From: an uncultured Nitrospiraceae bacterium
GTDB taxonomy: Bacteria; Nitrospirota; Nitrospiria; Nitrospirales; Nitrospiraceae
Assembly: GCA_963846575.1 (NCBI GenBank)
Contig: CAWJWJ010000001.1
Coordinates: forward strand, 544,001 to 608,000
Direction of reading: 5' to 3'
Length of the DNA stretch: 64,000 nt
Positions 9,567 through 18,711 of the stretch are shown piece by piece (position 1 is the stretch's first letter; every line of letters starts with the position of its first letter). The notes below the pieces were generated by a model. It did not search any database, had not been told where the DNA came from, and saw only the letters and a list, made by a program, of their open reading frames with translations. The position numbers were made by a program, and so were the translations under genes.

Positions 9567-10399
9567 GTCTCTCGACCAAGGTGGATCTTCACCGGCGGAT
9601 CGAACAAGTCGGCGAATTGCCGACGCTGCCTCATGTCGTTCAAAAACTCGCGTCCATGATCGGCCGCCCGAATGTCTCGGCGGAAGAGATCGGCGACTTG
9701 ATCGGGAAGGATCAAGTGCTCTCCGCCAAAGTCCTGCGGTTGGCCAATTCGCCCTTTTACGGATTCCCCGCGCGCATTGCCTCAGTCCCCCATGCGGTGG
9801 TGGTGTTGGGATTGAACGTCGTCAAAGGACTGACCTTGTGCGCCACCGCGTTCGACATGATGAAAAATGCCGGCATGCACGAACTCTGGCGGCACTCCCT
9901 GGGCGTCGCCATCACCGCCCATATCCTCGGCGCAAAAGCCGCGCTGAAGAATCCCGAAGAAGTGTTCGTGGCCGGCCTGCTGCACGACATCGGCAAGGTG
10001 GTGCTGTACGTCAAATGGCCCGATGTCGGCCAGCAGGTCATCGCCGTCACTCGCAAGACTTCCCGTTCGCTGCTGGAAACTGAACAGGAGTTGTTCAATG
10101 TCACCCACGGCGATGTGGGGGGATGGCTCGCAGCCGCATGGCACCTTCCGACGAGTCTTCTCGAACCCATTCTCTATCACCACCAGCCTGCGGCCGCCCA
10201 GGAGGCTTCGTTACAAACCGCCATCGTCCATGTGGCTGATGTGTTAGTAAAGGGTCTCGCCTGCGGCAATCCCGGAGACCTGCTGGTGCCGCCGCTCTCG
10301 AGACAGGCCTGGGATCTCGTAGGTCTGGACGCGCAGAGCCTGCGTGATTGCCTCGCCAAGGCCACTGAAGAATTCAAGACTATCGATGACTACCTATGA
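9563..10399 (+). CDS. HDOD domain signalling protein
   Basis: LPTLP, DQVLSAKVLRLANSPFYG, LWRHS, AGLLHDIGK, W.LP, YHH.P. Confidence 0.9.
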   Translation: MSLSTKVDLHRRIEQVGELPTLPHVVQKLASMIGRPNVSAEEIGDLIGKDQVLSAKVLRLANSPFYGFPARIASVPHAVVVLGLNVVKGLTLCATAFDMMKNAGMHELWRHSLGVAITAHILGAKAALKNPEEVFVAGLLHDIGKVVLYVKWPDVGQQVIAVTRKTSRSLLETEQELFNVTHGDVGGWLAAAWHLPTSLLEPILYHHQPAAAQEASLQTAIVHVADVLVKGLACGNPGDLLVPPLSRQAWDLVGLDAQSLRDCLAKATEEFKTIDDYL

Positions 10400-11373
10400 A
10401 CAACCCGCCGTCCACCCGACGCATCCTGTTACTTCACAGTGACCCCGGCGAAACCGAGCGACTGTCAGTCGGGCTGAAGCGGTCGGGATTCGATGTGTTG
10501 GTGGGGGATGCCGACCGCCTCGCCATGCACGAACTCGTGCATGATCCTCCCTGTCTAGTCCTGGCTGCAGAGGGAACGAACGGGCGTTCGGCGGACACCC
10601 TTGCCCGTGAGTTGCGTGCCGATCCGTTCCTGGGACGGCTGCCGCTGATCATCCTGGTACGGGATATCCGGATCAATGATTTGGACTGGGCGACGCTCGG
10701 CGTGGACGACTATATCGCCGTGCCCTACCGCACTGACGAAGTGCCGCAACGCGTGCGTCTGTGCCTCAGCCGGCTTGAACGATCGTTAGACGCCAATCCC
10801 TTGACCAGGCTCCCGGGCAACAGCACAATTCTCCACGAAACGACCGCGCGTATCGACAGCCGCGCGCCCTTTGCCCTGGCCTATCTCGATCTCGACAACT
10901 TCAAGTCGTTCAACGACCGTTATGGATATGCCCGGGGAGATGAGGTCCTGGTTGTCACCTGTCGAATTCTGACGACCGTCGTCAGCGAACTCACCGGCAG
11001 CGATGGGTTTGTCGGGCATGTCGGAGGAGACGATTTTGTTTTCATGAGCGCGCTCCCCAATATGGAAGCCATCTGCCAGACACTCATCAAGCGCTTTGAC
11101 CTGGTGATCCCTGATTTTTACGATCCCGCCGATCGGCAGCAGGGATTTATCGATTCGGTGGATCGCCGGGGAAACCACGAACGGTTCCCCATCATGAGCC
11201 TGTCCATCGCCGTGGTGACCAATGAACATCGCACCATCTCGCATCCCGGCGACGTCAGCAAAATCGCCTCTGAGTTGAAGAAGGTTGCCAAGAGCCGCCC
11301 CGGCAGCGTCTTTGTCAAAGACCTTCGGCGGACCGACACAACGGACGTAGCCTCCGGGACTGCTAAAGCCTAA
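10396..11373 (+). CDS. Diguanylate cyclase with degenerate receiver domain (GGDDF)
   Basis: NPLTRLPGN, DLDNFKSFNDRYG, GGDDF; the N-terminal receiver-like region lacks the phospho-Asp. Confidence 0.85.
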   Translation: MNNPPSTRRILLLHSDPGETERLSVGLKRSGFDVLVGDADRLAMHELVHDPPCLVLAAEGTNGRSADTLARELRADPFLGRLPLIILVRDIRINDLDWATLGVDDYIAVPYRTDEVPQRVRLCLSRLERSLDANPLTRLPGNSTILHETTARIDSRAPFALAYLDLDNFKSFNDRYGYARGDEVLVVTCRILTTVVSELTGSDGFVGHVGGDDFVFMSALPNMEAICQTLIKRFDLVIPDFYDPADRQQGFIDSVDRRGNHERFPIMSLSIAVVTNEHRTISHPGDVSKIASELKKVAKSRPGSVFVKDLRRTDTTDVASGTAKA

Positions 11374-11426
11374 GCGGTCGACTCCCCGATCTATGTGCAT
11401 CACCATGAACCCTGATGCGACATCGC

Positions 11427-11981
11427 CTACTCCGGGCGTTGCTCGGGGGCCTGCTCGACGGGAACGTGCTCGACCGAGCCTTCCCCGCCCCGCGTCTCTC
11501 CCTGCTGGCGGCGCAAGTCTCTTCGGTACGCCCGACGTTCCTCAGGCGACATACTTTGAAATTTATCCCGCAAGGCCTTACGCTCCTCTGGCGGGAGCGA
11601 CCTGAACCATCGCCGGGCATCTCTCACCGACTCACGCTGCTCGGGCGGGAGCTGACGAAACTGCTGAAACCGTTCACGCAACTGTTGTTGCTGCTCCGGC
11701 GGAAGGTTCCGCCACTGCTTGAAGCGCTGCTTCGCTTCTTGACGTTCCTCCGGGGTCATCGTTCCCCATTGTTGGGCCCCGTTGCGTAGCCGGTCCTGCT
11801 TGCGCGGCGGCAACTGATCCCAAGTATTATTGAAGCGTTGCAGCAGTTGCTGTTCACCCGGGCTCAATTGGCTCCAGGGAACTCCTTTTGGCTCGTCTTG
11901 ACCCCAGGCCGTCGCCACCCCACATCCCAACAGAATGATGTATGTCAGTACGAGTCTCATGGGGCTAACCTGCATCTTCAT
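11427..11981 (-). CDS. DUF3106 family periplasmic protein
   Basis: Signal peptide; repeated W/F..L[SP]PE.[RQ] helical units. Confidence 0.8.
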   Translation of the reverse strand: MKMQVSPMRLVLTYIILLGCGVATAWGQDEPKGVPWSQLSPGEQQLLQRFNNTWDQLPPRKQDRLRNGAQQWGTMTPEERQEAKQRFKQWRNLPPEQQQQLRERFQQFRQLPPEQRESVRDARRWFRSLPPEERKALRDKFQSMSPEERRAYRRDLRRQQGETRGGEGSVEHVPVEQAPEQRPE

Positions 11982-11997
11982 TGGTTCACCTGCTTGC

Positions 11998-12351
11998 CTA
12001 CCCCGTCGCAGCCGGACCATTGGCCAGCCAGTCGTAGAAGTCCAAGTCTTCCGATAGTTCGATATTTTCGGACGACTGCATCAATTCGAGTTCCTCGAGC
12101 AGCGGAAGGGGAGAATGGTTCTCCCCGCCCGAAGGCCAGAGAGTAAGGGCCAACGCGGCCATCGAGGCCAGGGCCGCTCCACCCACCCACCGAAGCCAGG
12201 AGCGTCGCGGCGAAACATGGTCCAATACATTCAGGCGCGCGCGCTGCACCATGAGGACGGTCTTCTGATCAAGATCATGCACGCTGTGATCCAGAAGACG
12301 CTTGGCCGCAGCAGCTAAGGGATCTGATTGGGGGTTCCACCATTCGCTCAT
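11998..12351 (-). CDS. Membrane-anchored putative anti-sigma factor (DUF3619-like)
   Basis: LD.S...LD......AR...L, one TM segment, C-terminal EDLDFYDWL; ATGA overlap with the ECF sigma gene. Confidence 0.75.
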   Translation of the reverse strand: MSEWWNPQSDPLAAAAKRLLDHSVHDLDQKTVLMVQRARLNVLDHVSPRRSWLRWVGGAALASMAALALTLWPSGGENHSPLPLLEELELMQSSENIELSEDLDFYDWLANGPAATG

Positions 12352-12899
12352 GGCCAATGTTCTCCTAGTCGTTTTCTCAACACCTGCAATGCCCGGAAGA
12401 GATGCGTCTTGACGCTTCCTTCGGAGCAACCCATTGCACGTGCGGTTTGCGCGACGTCCAGCTCTTCCCAGATGCGCAAGAGAAATGCCTGCTGTTGTCG
12501 CAAAGGCAGCGTGCGGAGAGCGACATCCAAAGCCGCACAGGCGCGCTTGCGCCTCAGGTCCTCGTCCGGCGCAACGGCCGCTCCATCGGGAACTTGTTCA
12601 AGCGGATCCTCGCGTTCCTCCTCGTCCTGCGAACTATGAAAGAATTCCCGCAGACGGTTTCTCACTCTCGTCCGGCGGTACCAATCGCGAATGCGACTCT
12701 GCAGAATACGGTGAAATAGCGGCCCCCACTCGCCTTCCGCCCGTTCGCCATACTTCTGGACGAGCTTCAACATGGCATCCTGCACGAGATCGAGCGCCTC
12801 GTCCTCATTCCCCGTGGCAATCTGCGCCATGCGGAATGCCCGCCGCTCAATTCCCGCTAAAAACCGGTCCAATGCCTGGGTTTGATCCAGAGAGTCCAC
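12348..12899 (-). CDS. ECF-type RNA polymerase sigma factor
   Basis: ALDLVQDAMLKL (region 2); LPLRQQQAFLLR...TA.AMGCSEGSVKTHLFRA (region 4). GTG start assumed. Confidence 0.9.
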   Translation of the reverse strand: MDSLDQTQALDRFLAGIERRAFRMAQIATGNEDEALDLVQDAMLKLVQKYGERAEGEWGPLFHRILQSRIRDWYRRTRVRNRLREFFHSSQDEEEREDPLEQVPDGAAVAPDEDLRRKRACAALDVALRTLPLRQQQAFLLRIWEELDVAQTARAMGCSEGSVKTHLFRALQVLRKRLGEHWP

Positions 12900-13413
12900 C
12901 CTCTCACCCAGGCAGATCCTGCCGGGTTGTCCATTCACACCGATAGAGGAATGCCCACTGTTCATGGCCGCTACCGCGCCTGCTCCAGAACGACGGTTCG
13001 CATGCAATCCGGAATGCGGGCTGCACCATGGCCCACCCGCCGGGGACTCGGTGCGACCCGGTCGCCCTGACCCCTATCCTCGCGAGAACTCGCTCGATCA
13101 CTGAGGTCTGTGCGATTCTCGATCTGAGCATCCACAAAATCAAGCGACTGCCGGGCGTAGACTCCCATAAAAGACCATGCTCACATGCGCCGTTATTCCC
13201 TCGGAGATCACGACATCCATCTGTGATTCCCTCCCGGGGTGTTATCGACCCTCCTCTGCCGGAAAACGCACCATCCATTCGTCGGTTGACCGGACGAGCA
13301 AGTTCGATACTGAAGTGCCGCGCGAGAGGAACGATGACGGATGTTTTCGAGCGGGAACAGCAGCTGTATATATCAATGGACGATGCGGAGAAAGCAGGTA
13401 GGAGGGGCTTCCG

Positions 13414-16400
13414 TCACAATGATTTGTTGTCGGGCCTATCCAAAGTCCGTTTGGCTCCCGACCAGGCGGTCGGGGGAATCTGCACAACCAGGTCAAACCG
13501 GTCGCGCGCCTCATCATCTTTCAGGTCCCGCCCGACACTATACAAGACACCCTTTTTCTTGTTGACCAGCATGGGAAATCCGGTGAAGGGATCGTAGAGA
13601 CCTTGCCCGGCCTTGGCAATTCTGGTCAGCAAATCCTGTTCGGGCGGAGTCCGCCGCAGCCATGCTTGTAGGGACACCAGGCGCAGGCGCGCATCGGTCT
13701 CCATGACTCGGCCCGCATACGTCTCCCAGGCGGGAAGCGGTTCCGCCCCGAGGAGCCCCTCCAGAGGATTCAGCAACCGGTCCAGGGTCCCATGGGGCGG
13801 GGTACGCAGGAACTGCGACTGTTTGGGCAGATCCGCATAGCGGCCTTCCGCCACGGCCTTGCCCACCTCTTGATAATACTGCGCATACGCATTGAATCGA
13901 CGCTGTTTGGGCATGGGGAAGGCGGCGATCACCGAGCCATAGAACGGACGCGCATCGGGCTCGTCGTGGCTCAGCGTCTCCTCCAATGTCTGCGTGGCCA
14001 GTACAAACTGGCTCTGCATCGGCCACCGCATGGACTGCTCGGCTTGATCGAGCGGCCGAGCAACCTTGGCAAGCCGACTGACCAGCGAGTCTTCTAAATC
14101 AGGTGTCAGGAGAAGCCCGCTGACGACTGCGAGGTCTTCGTTGAGGGCCTCGCTGGCCAACATTTTCACCGGCATGGTCTTGGCCAGGCCCATGACGGTC
14201 CGCCAAGCAGTGATATCGCTTTCGAGCCGCGCGACTCCCGCCTCCTGATCTTGAGCGAATCCTTCCGCGACGTACAGCCGATGCGCATACAGGATGACAT
14301 CGCATCTCGGACTGACCGGCTGTCCGTATCCCCAATCTTCGAACGGCTTGGTGAGCCACTGCCGGTACCGGCCCATGGCTACCCCTGCCTGTGACACCCA
14401 GGACTTCACCCGGGGCGCCTCCGTCATCATCTGAGCTGCCGGGTCGATGGTCTTGAACCACTTACCCGCCACTTCAGCTGATGCACCCTGTTGACCGCCC
14501 GACCCATTGCCTTCTCCCCCCAGACAGGCGCGGATGACCTGCCGATCGGCTACTTCAGCCCGGCTGTCAATCCCGGCCTGCACAGGGTCTTGAGTCGGTC
14601 CGGCACCAAACCCCAGCAAGAGGAAATATCCGTTCTTCTGCGAATCCGGGAGAGTATGTTGTGGCACCGACGTCATCGTTCGATAGGCCGGGGACGGTTG
14701 CTCTTCAAGGATCAGCCACGTCAGCGCGATTGCTCCAGCGGAGCCCGCAAGGATCGCCAGTGAGAGACCCACGATCGCCGTTCCCAGAACCACCAGTAAT
14801 CGGGTCGTGGAGACCCCCGCACCGATGAGCGACGCAGCGGCCCTGCTGAGGTGACGCCACGCCCATGCACCCACCAGCATGCCCGTCTTTGGGGAAGATA
14901 CCTGCCGCTCCAGTTGAACGGACAAAGGTTCCATCGATCGATCGCTTTGATGGTCCGGTAAGACCTGGGTCGCCTCATAGTGCTCATGCAACGGAACAGG
15001 AGTGAGTGACGGCGGCTCAGCTGGAATCGTCGCCGGACGACTGACCTCGGCAGCCGCCTCCGGTGTCGGCTTTCTCAACCAGCGTGCCAGCATGCTCCCG
15101 GTCGAAACGTCCCGGGTCGGCGTTAAGGAAGAGTGATCCCACAAAATCCGAGGACCGCCACCCTCTGGACCTTCCGCAACTGGGACCGTCGCTGATGTCG
15201 CCTCTTGTCCATCGTCTTCAGGCAGTCCTGGGACCGCCACGACCGTTTCCGGGACAAGGGCTTCGGCTGGTTCAACGGGAACCACGGGTATTACATTCGA
15301 TTCGTTAGAATGAACAGGGACAAACCCATCAGTGGATAGGGCCTGCTGGCCCTCCGAGTCTTGCGCTGCCTTGCCGGCCGCATTCCCTTCCCCCGTTGAA
15401 GCCGATTCGCTCAACGGAGAGACTCCCGCATCACCGCCGACAGCCTCGGGCATTGATGCACAGTCCTGCATCACGGGCTCAGGCTCCGGCGGGTGTGCGG
15501 CCTTGCACTCTTCCGACAGGAGATCGGAGGTCACTGCAGCCGCTTCAATCCGCGCGGCCGGCTGCTCAAAAATCAAAGCCTCTCCAGAGGGAACATCAAT
15601 GGCTTCGACAACAGGCTCAGGAATGGGAACGATCAGCGTTTCCTGGGCAACTGCATCAACCAGTAGCTCGTCGACATGGGAGGGTGCATTCAGAGCGCCC
15701 GCTTCTGTCAACTCATCGGGCGTGGACTCGAGAGCGCCGGAAGCGTTCTGCTCCAAAGCCGGTGACGGACTCGGAAGAGATACGTCTATGGGCGCTTCGA
15801 GCCACGATCCGGCAATCGCTAGCTGTGGGTCCACTTCCGATGCCGCAACCGCTTCACTTCCGCCGAAACAGCCCGCGTGTTCCAGTGACAGATCCTTCGG
15901 TACTTGGGCTGCTGGATCTGACAGTAAGACGCTTTCCGCTTCAGCCGGGCCGACCGACTCGACGGGCCCCACAGGGGTACCGATCGGTGAGAATTGGTCG
16001 GGCGGTTCGACAAACGTCTGGGAAGGCAGAATACAGAACTCCTCCTTCCGGGATGCTTCGGGAGGCACGCCGTCACTTACCGGCGCGTCTACAGCAGGGG
16101 CTGCGGTGGATGATAAGTCAGGCCCATACTCCGTCAGGGATAGGGGGGCGGAGGAATCGTGAGTCCCCTCCACATCGGCAGAGACCGGGCCGAATTCTGG
16201 TTCAGGGTCCGGTCGAGGGATCGTGACGTCTTCGACTTCGACCTGCTCCCAAGGCATCGGAGCCGAAAGAGGAGGAGCGGCCTCGAATGCGGGTGTGAAC
16301 GGGTCCGGCGTCAGAGTCTCGAACGAGAGCCAGTCCGTTTCCGACCGTTCTGAAATGGACCCGTCTCTCGATGCTGTCTCCTCCGGCGCGGCAGGCTCGG

Positions 16401-18180
16401 CAGGTGCCGCGCTCTCTGGTTTCGGCTGCGTCGACGGGTATGCCGAGGAGGCCTGCATGGCGGTGACGGCCGCGAGAATGTCCTCCCAGGAAAGTCCGGA
16501 CGAAGAGGTAAAGGAAGCACCCGATGAACGGGACGCACCTGTGTCTGCTGCTGCATTGAGCACAGGATCCGGACACACAGCCTCCGGTGGCCGTTCAACA
16601 TCCCTTGATCCCGTCCACATGTCAGGCTCGGCTGTTGAAACCGACGGCTCCTGCCTCTCTTCGATTTGGTCCCAGGGCATGGGGGCCGGACTGAGCGGCA
16701 TCTCCGCAATCGGGTGAATACTGGAGGTTTTTAACACCTCAAGCGTCCAAGACAGTTTCTCACCCACGGGCGGCGATGGAAGTTCAGCCTGTTCGGTATG
16801 GGCGATACTCTCAGAAACAGAGTGTCCTGTTTGGTCGTCCCCCGGCGAACCTGCCTGGATCACGTCGTCACCCACTTGCAGCGGCCCAGTAGCCCGAGAT
16901 CCCGCACTCCCCTCCGGTGCCTGAAGGCTGCCATTCACGGGCAATGTCGCGTTGGATTCCTGAACCTCTGCGACGGGCGAAGGGTGCGGGACGGATTCCA
17001 CTCGCGGATTCAGAATCCCCTCCGTCGCTTCCTGACGGTCAGGAACCGGCATCAGGGACAAGGCGACGGCCGTATCATCCATCTGATCCCAGGGCAAGGG
17101 GACCGCGACCGTCGGGTTTGCTCCGACTATCGGGCCGCTCTTTGGCGAGGGCACTTCGATTATTGGTGAATCGCTCCCGGCCAGGGGCGGAACAGGCAGT
17201 TCAGAATCGACCACTTTCTGTTCGTTTTGACGCGAGGTTTGACTCTGCCCTGGCGGCACCGCAGCCGACGACACGGAAGTTTTTTCGGGCGAGAGGAAGC
17301 GGAATGCCGGGGATGAGTCAGCAGCATCAATGGCAGGTACAGAACCAGGAATATCCTCCAGTCCCGAGTCCTGGATGGCCGAGTCCCACGGAGCGAGGGA
17401 AACATCCGAGACCTTGGTTGCGGCCGCAGAATCCTTGGTTGAGGCCTGGGCCGCTCCGGAGGGTGCCGGATCAATTGACGTCGGCTGAATATCCTCCCAT
17501 GGCATGGCAACCACATCCGGCGGGTCGACAGGCTTCTCTGATTCCGGTGAGGTGCGAGGAGGCTCGCTGCCCGATTCGGCCAGGTCCGGCTGAGGAGCAG
17601 CCTGCAACATCTGGCCGGTTACGATATCAAATCTGGCAGCAACGCGAAGGGCCACGGGGCTACCGGGAGCGATGGAGCGAATCTTTCCGAACAGCTCGCC
17701 CGCCCGGTTGGGATGTTCACTGTCGGGATCCTCCAACAACACCTCAACCGCCTTGCCGTACTCTGCCACCGCCGCCATGACATCGCCCTTTCCCTCATAC
17801 ACGTGACCCAGCATTTCCAGGAAAGGCACGCAACGCGGTCCCGCCGTCAAATATTCTCGCAAAAGGGATTCAGCTAACCAATAGTCCTGCCTTTCCATTG
17901 CCTCGCGAGCCAGAGATTCAAACGCGGTCCTGGCGCTCATTAAGCTGCCAAGCCGTAAATGGAGGGTGGCGAACAGGCGACGAGCCTCGGCATTCAGGGG
18001 ATCGAGCGCCAGCAAGTCCTTCAGGGCCGAAGAGGCCCGGCCATACTTGCCGGCGTTCATTTGTGTAATAGCATCCTCGAGCAGCGCCGACTTTTTGTTG
18101 TAGCCGATCGTGCCCTTTTTTTGGAGTTTTGGTGGGGATTTTTTGTCTGACTTCAAGGGGATTTTTTTGTCGGATCGCAC
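13414..18180 (-). CDS. Large membrane-anchored TPR protein with long acidic Pro/Glu/Ser linker and periplasmic C-terminal domain
   Basis: 1588 aa: N-terminal TPR helices, about 900 aa of low-complexity sequence with repeated PW[DE] motifs, a TM segment near 14705-14800, C-terminal DPFTG...LYSVGRD..DD. Confidence 0.8.
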   Translation of the reverse strand: MRSDKKIPLKSDKKSPPKLQKKGTIGYNKKSALLEDAITQMNAGKYGRASSALKDLLALDPLNAEARRLFATLHLRLGSLMSARTAFESLAREAMERQDYWLAESLLREYLTAGPRCVPFLEMLGHVYEGKGDVMAAVAEYGKAVEVLLEDPDSEHPNRAGELFGKIRSIAPGSPVALRVAARFDIVTGQMLQAAPQPDLAESGSEPPRTSPESEKPVDPPDVVAMPWEDIQPTSIDPAPSGAAQASTKDSAAATKVSDVSLAPWDSAIQDSGLEDIPGSVPAIDAADSSPAFRFLSPEKTSVSSAAVPPGQSQTSRQNEQKVVDSELPVPPLAGSDSPIIEVPSPKSGPIVGANPTVAVPLPWDQMDDTAVALSLMPVPDRQEATEGILNPRVESVPHPSPVAEVQESNATLPVNGSLQAPEGSAGSRATGPLQVGDDVIQAGSPGDDQTGHSVSESIAHTEQAELPSPPVGEKLSWTLEVLKTSSIHPIAEMPLSPAPMPWDQIEERQEPSVSTAEPDMWTGSRDVERPPEAVCPDPVLNAAADTGASRSSGASFTSSSGLSWEDILAAVTAMQASSAYPSTQPKPESAAPAEPAAPEETASRDGSISERSETDWLSFETLTPDPFTPAFEAAPPLSAPMPWEQVEVEDVTIPRPDPEPEFGPVSADVEGTHDSSAPLSLTEYGPDLSSTAAPAVDAPVSDGVPPEASRKEEFCILPSQTFVEPPDQFSPIGTPVGPVESVGPAEAESVLLSDPAAQVPKDLSLEHAGCFGGSEAVAASEVDPQLAIAGSWLEAPIDVSLPSPSPALEQNASGALESTPDELTEAGALNAPSHVDELLVDAVAQETLIVPIPEPVVEAIDVPSGEALIFEQPAARIEAAAVTSDLLSEECKAAHPPEPEPVMQDCASMPEAVGGDAGVSPLSESASTGEGNAAGKAAQDSEGQQALSTDGFVPVHSNESNVIPVVPVEPAEALVPETVVAVPGLPEDDGQEATSATVPVAEGPEGGGPRILWDHSSLTPTRDVSTGSMLARWLRKPTPEAAAEVSRPATIPAEPPSLTPVPLHEHYEATQVLPDHQSDRSMEPLSVQLERQVSSPKTGMLVGAWAWRHLSRAAASLIGAGVSTTRLLVVLGTAIVGLSLAILAGSAGAIALTWLILEEQPSPAYRTMTSVPQHTLPDSQKNGYFLLLGFGAGPTQDPVQAGIDSRAEVADRQVIRACLGGEGNGSGGQQGASAEVAGKWFKTIDPAAQMMTEAPRVKSWVSQAGVAMGRYRQWLTKPFEDWGYGQPVSPRCDVILYAHRLYVAEGFAQDQEAGVARLESDITAWRTVMGLAKTMPVKMLASEALNEDLAVVSGLLLTPDLEDSLVSRLAKVARPLDQAEQSMRWPMQSQFVLATQTLEETLSHDEPDARPFYGSVIAAFPMPKQRRFNAYAQYYQEVGKAVAEGRYADLPKQSQFLRTPPHGTLDRLLNPLEGLLGAEPLPAWETYAGRVMETDARLRLVSLQAWLRRTPPEQDLLTRIAKAGQGLYDPFTGFPMLVNKKKGVLYSVGRDLKDDEARDRFDLVVQIPPTAWSGAKRTLDRPDNKSL

Positions 18181-18471
18181 GGTATAACCTTAAAAAAGTT
18201 CAGGTTTTTTAAACAGCGAGGCTATGTTCCAGGGGCGCCGGCGACAATATGGCGCGCCCTCCTGGTCTGTGCCGCGAGAAGTCAAACCATCCTGGGAGGA
18301 GCAAAAGAGGTGCCTTACCCACCCGGATGCTTCTGTCATGTCCAAGCTTGAGAACGTGCCTGGAACCGGGTACCTCAGACCCCGAACAGCGGAATGACAG
18401 CCCAGGGGAGCTAAAATGACCATGTGTCTCTCTTTTTCGGCATTTCCGAGCTTCATCTTAATTGGGAATTC

Positions 18472-18495
18472 TCCTGTGCCAGGCCTGGCACAGGA
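18472..18495. repeat. Perfect 24-bp palindrome
   Basis: TCCTGTGCCAGG|CCTGGCACAGGA in the 530-bp divergent intergenic region. Confidence 0.85.
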
Positions 18496-18711
18496 TTGAC
18501 CGTGCTCTCCTCCACAAGGTCGCTCGGCATGAAATCGAGTACCAGGCTCAGGTAGTAGGAGGAAGACCGGGAGTCACACATTGAGAAGCGAGGAACAGCG
18601 AGCTATACCTAGATCAGGAACACAGGACGTAACAGGTCCGGGGAAGGCTGGGGGGCAGTTTTACCCCTCCCCCTGAATTTCCGTATACTCATCGAGGCCG
18701 AACCACAAACT

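Noticed and set aside
13028..13597. Several overlapping ORFs between the ECF sigma gene and the TPR gene
   Set aside because: No motifs or consistent RBS; they overlap real genes and are probably non-coding.
18485..18500. Sigma54 promoter (TGGCAC) within the palindrome
   Set aside because: The GG-N10-GC spacing is not satisfied on either strand.
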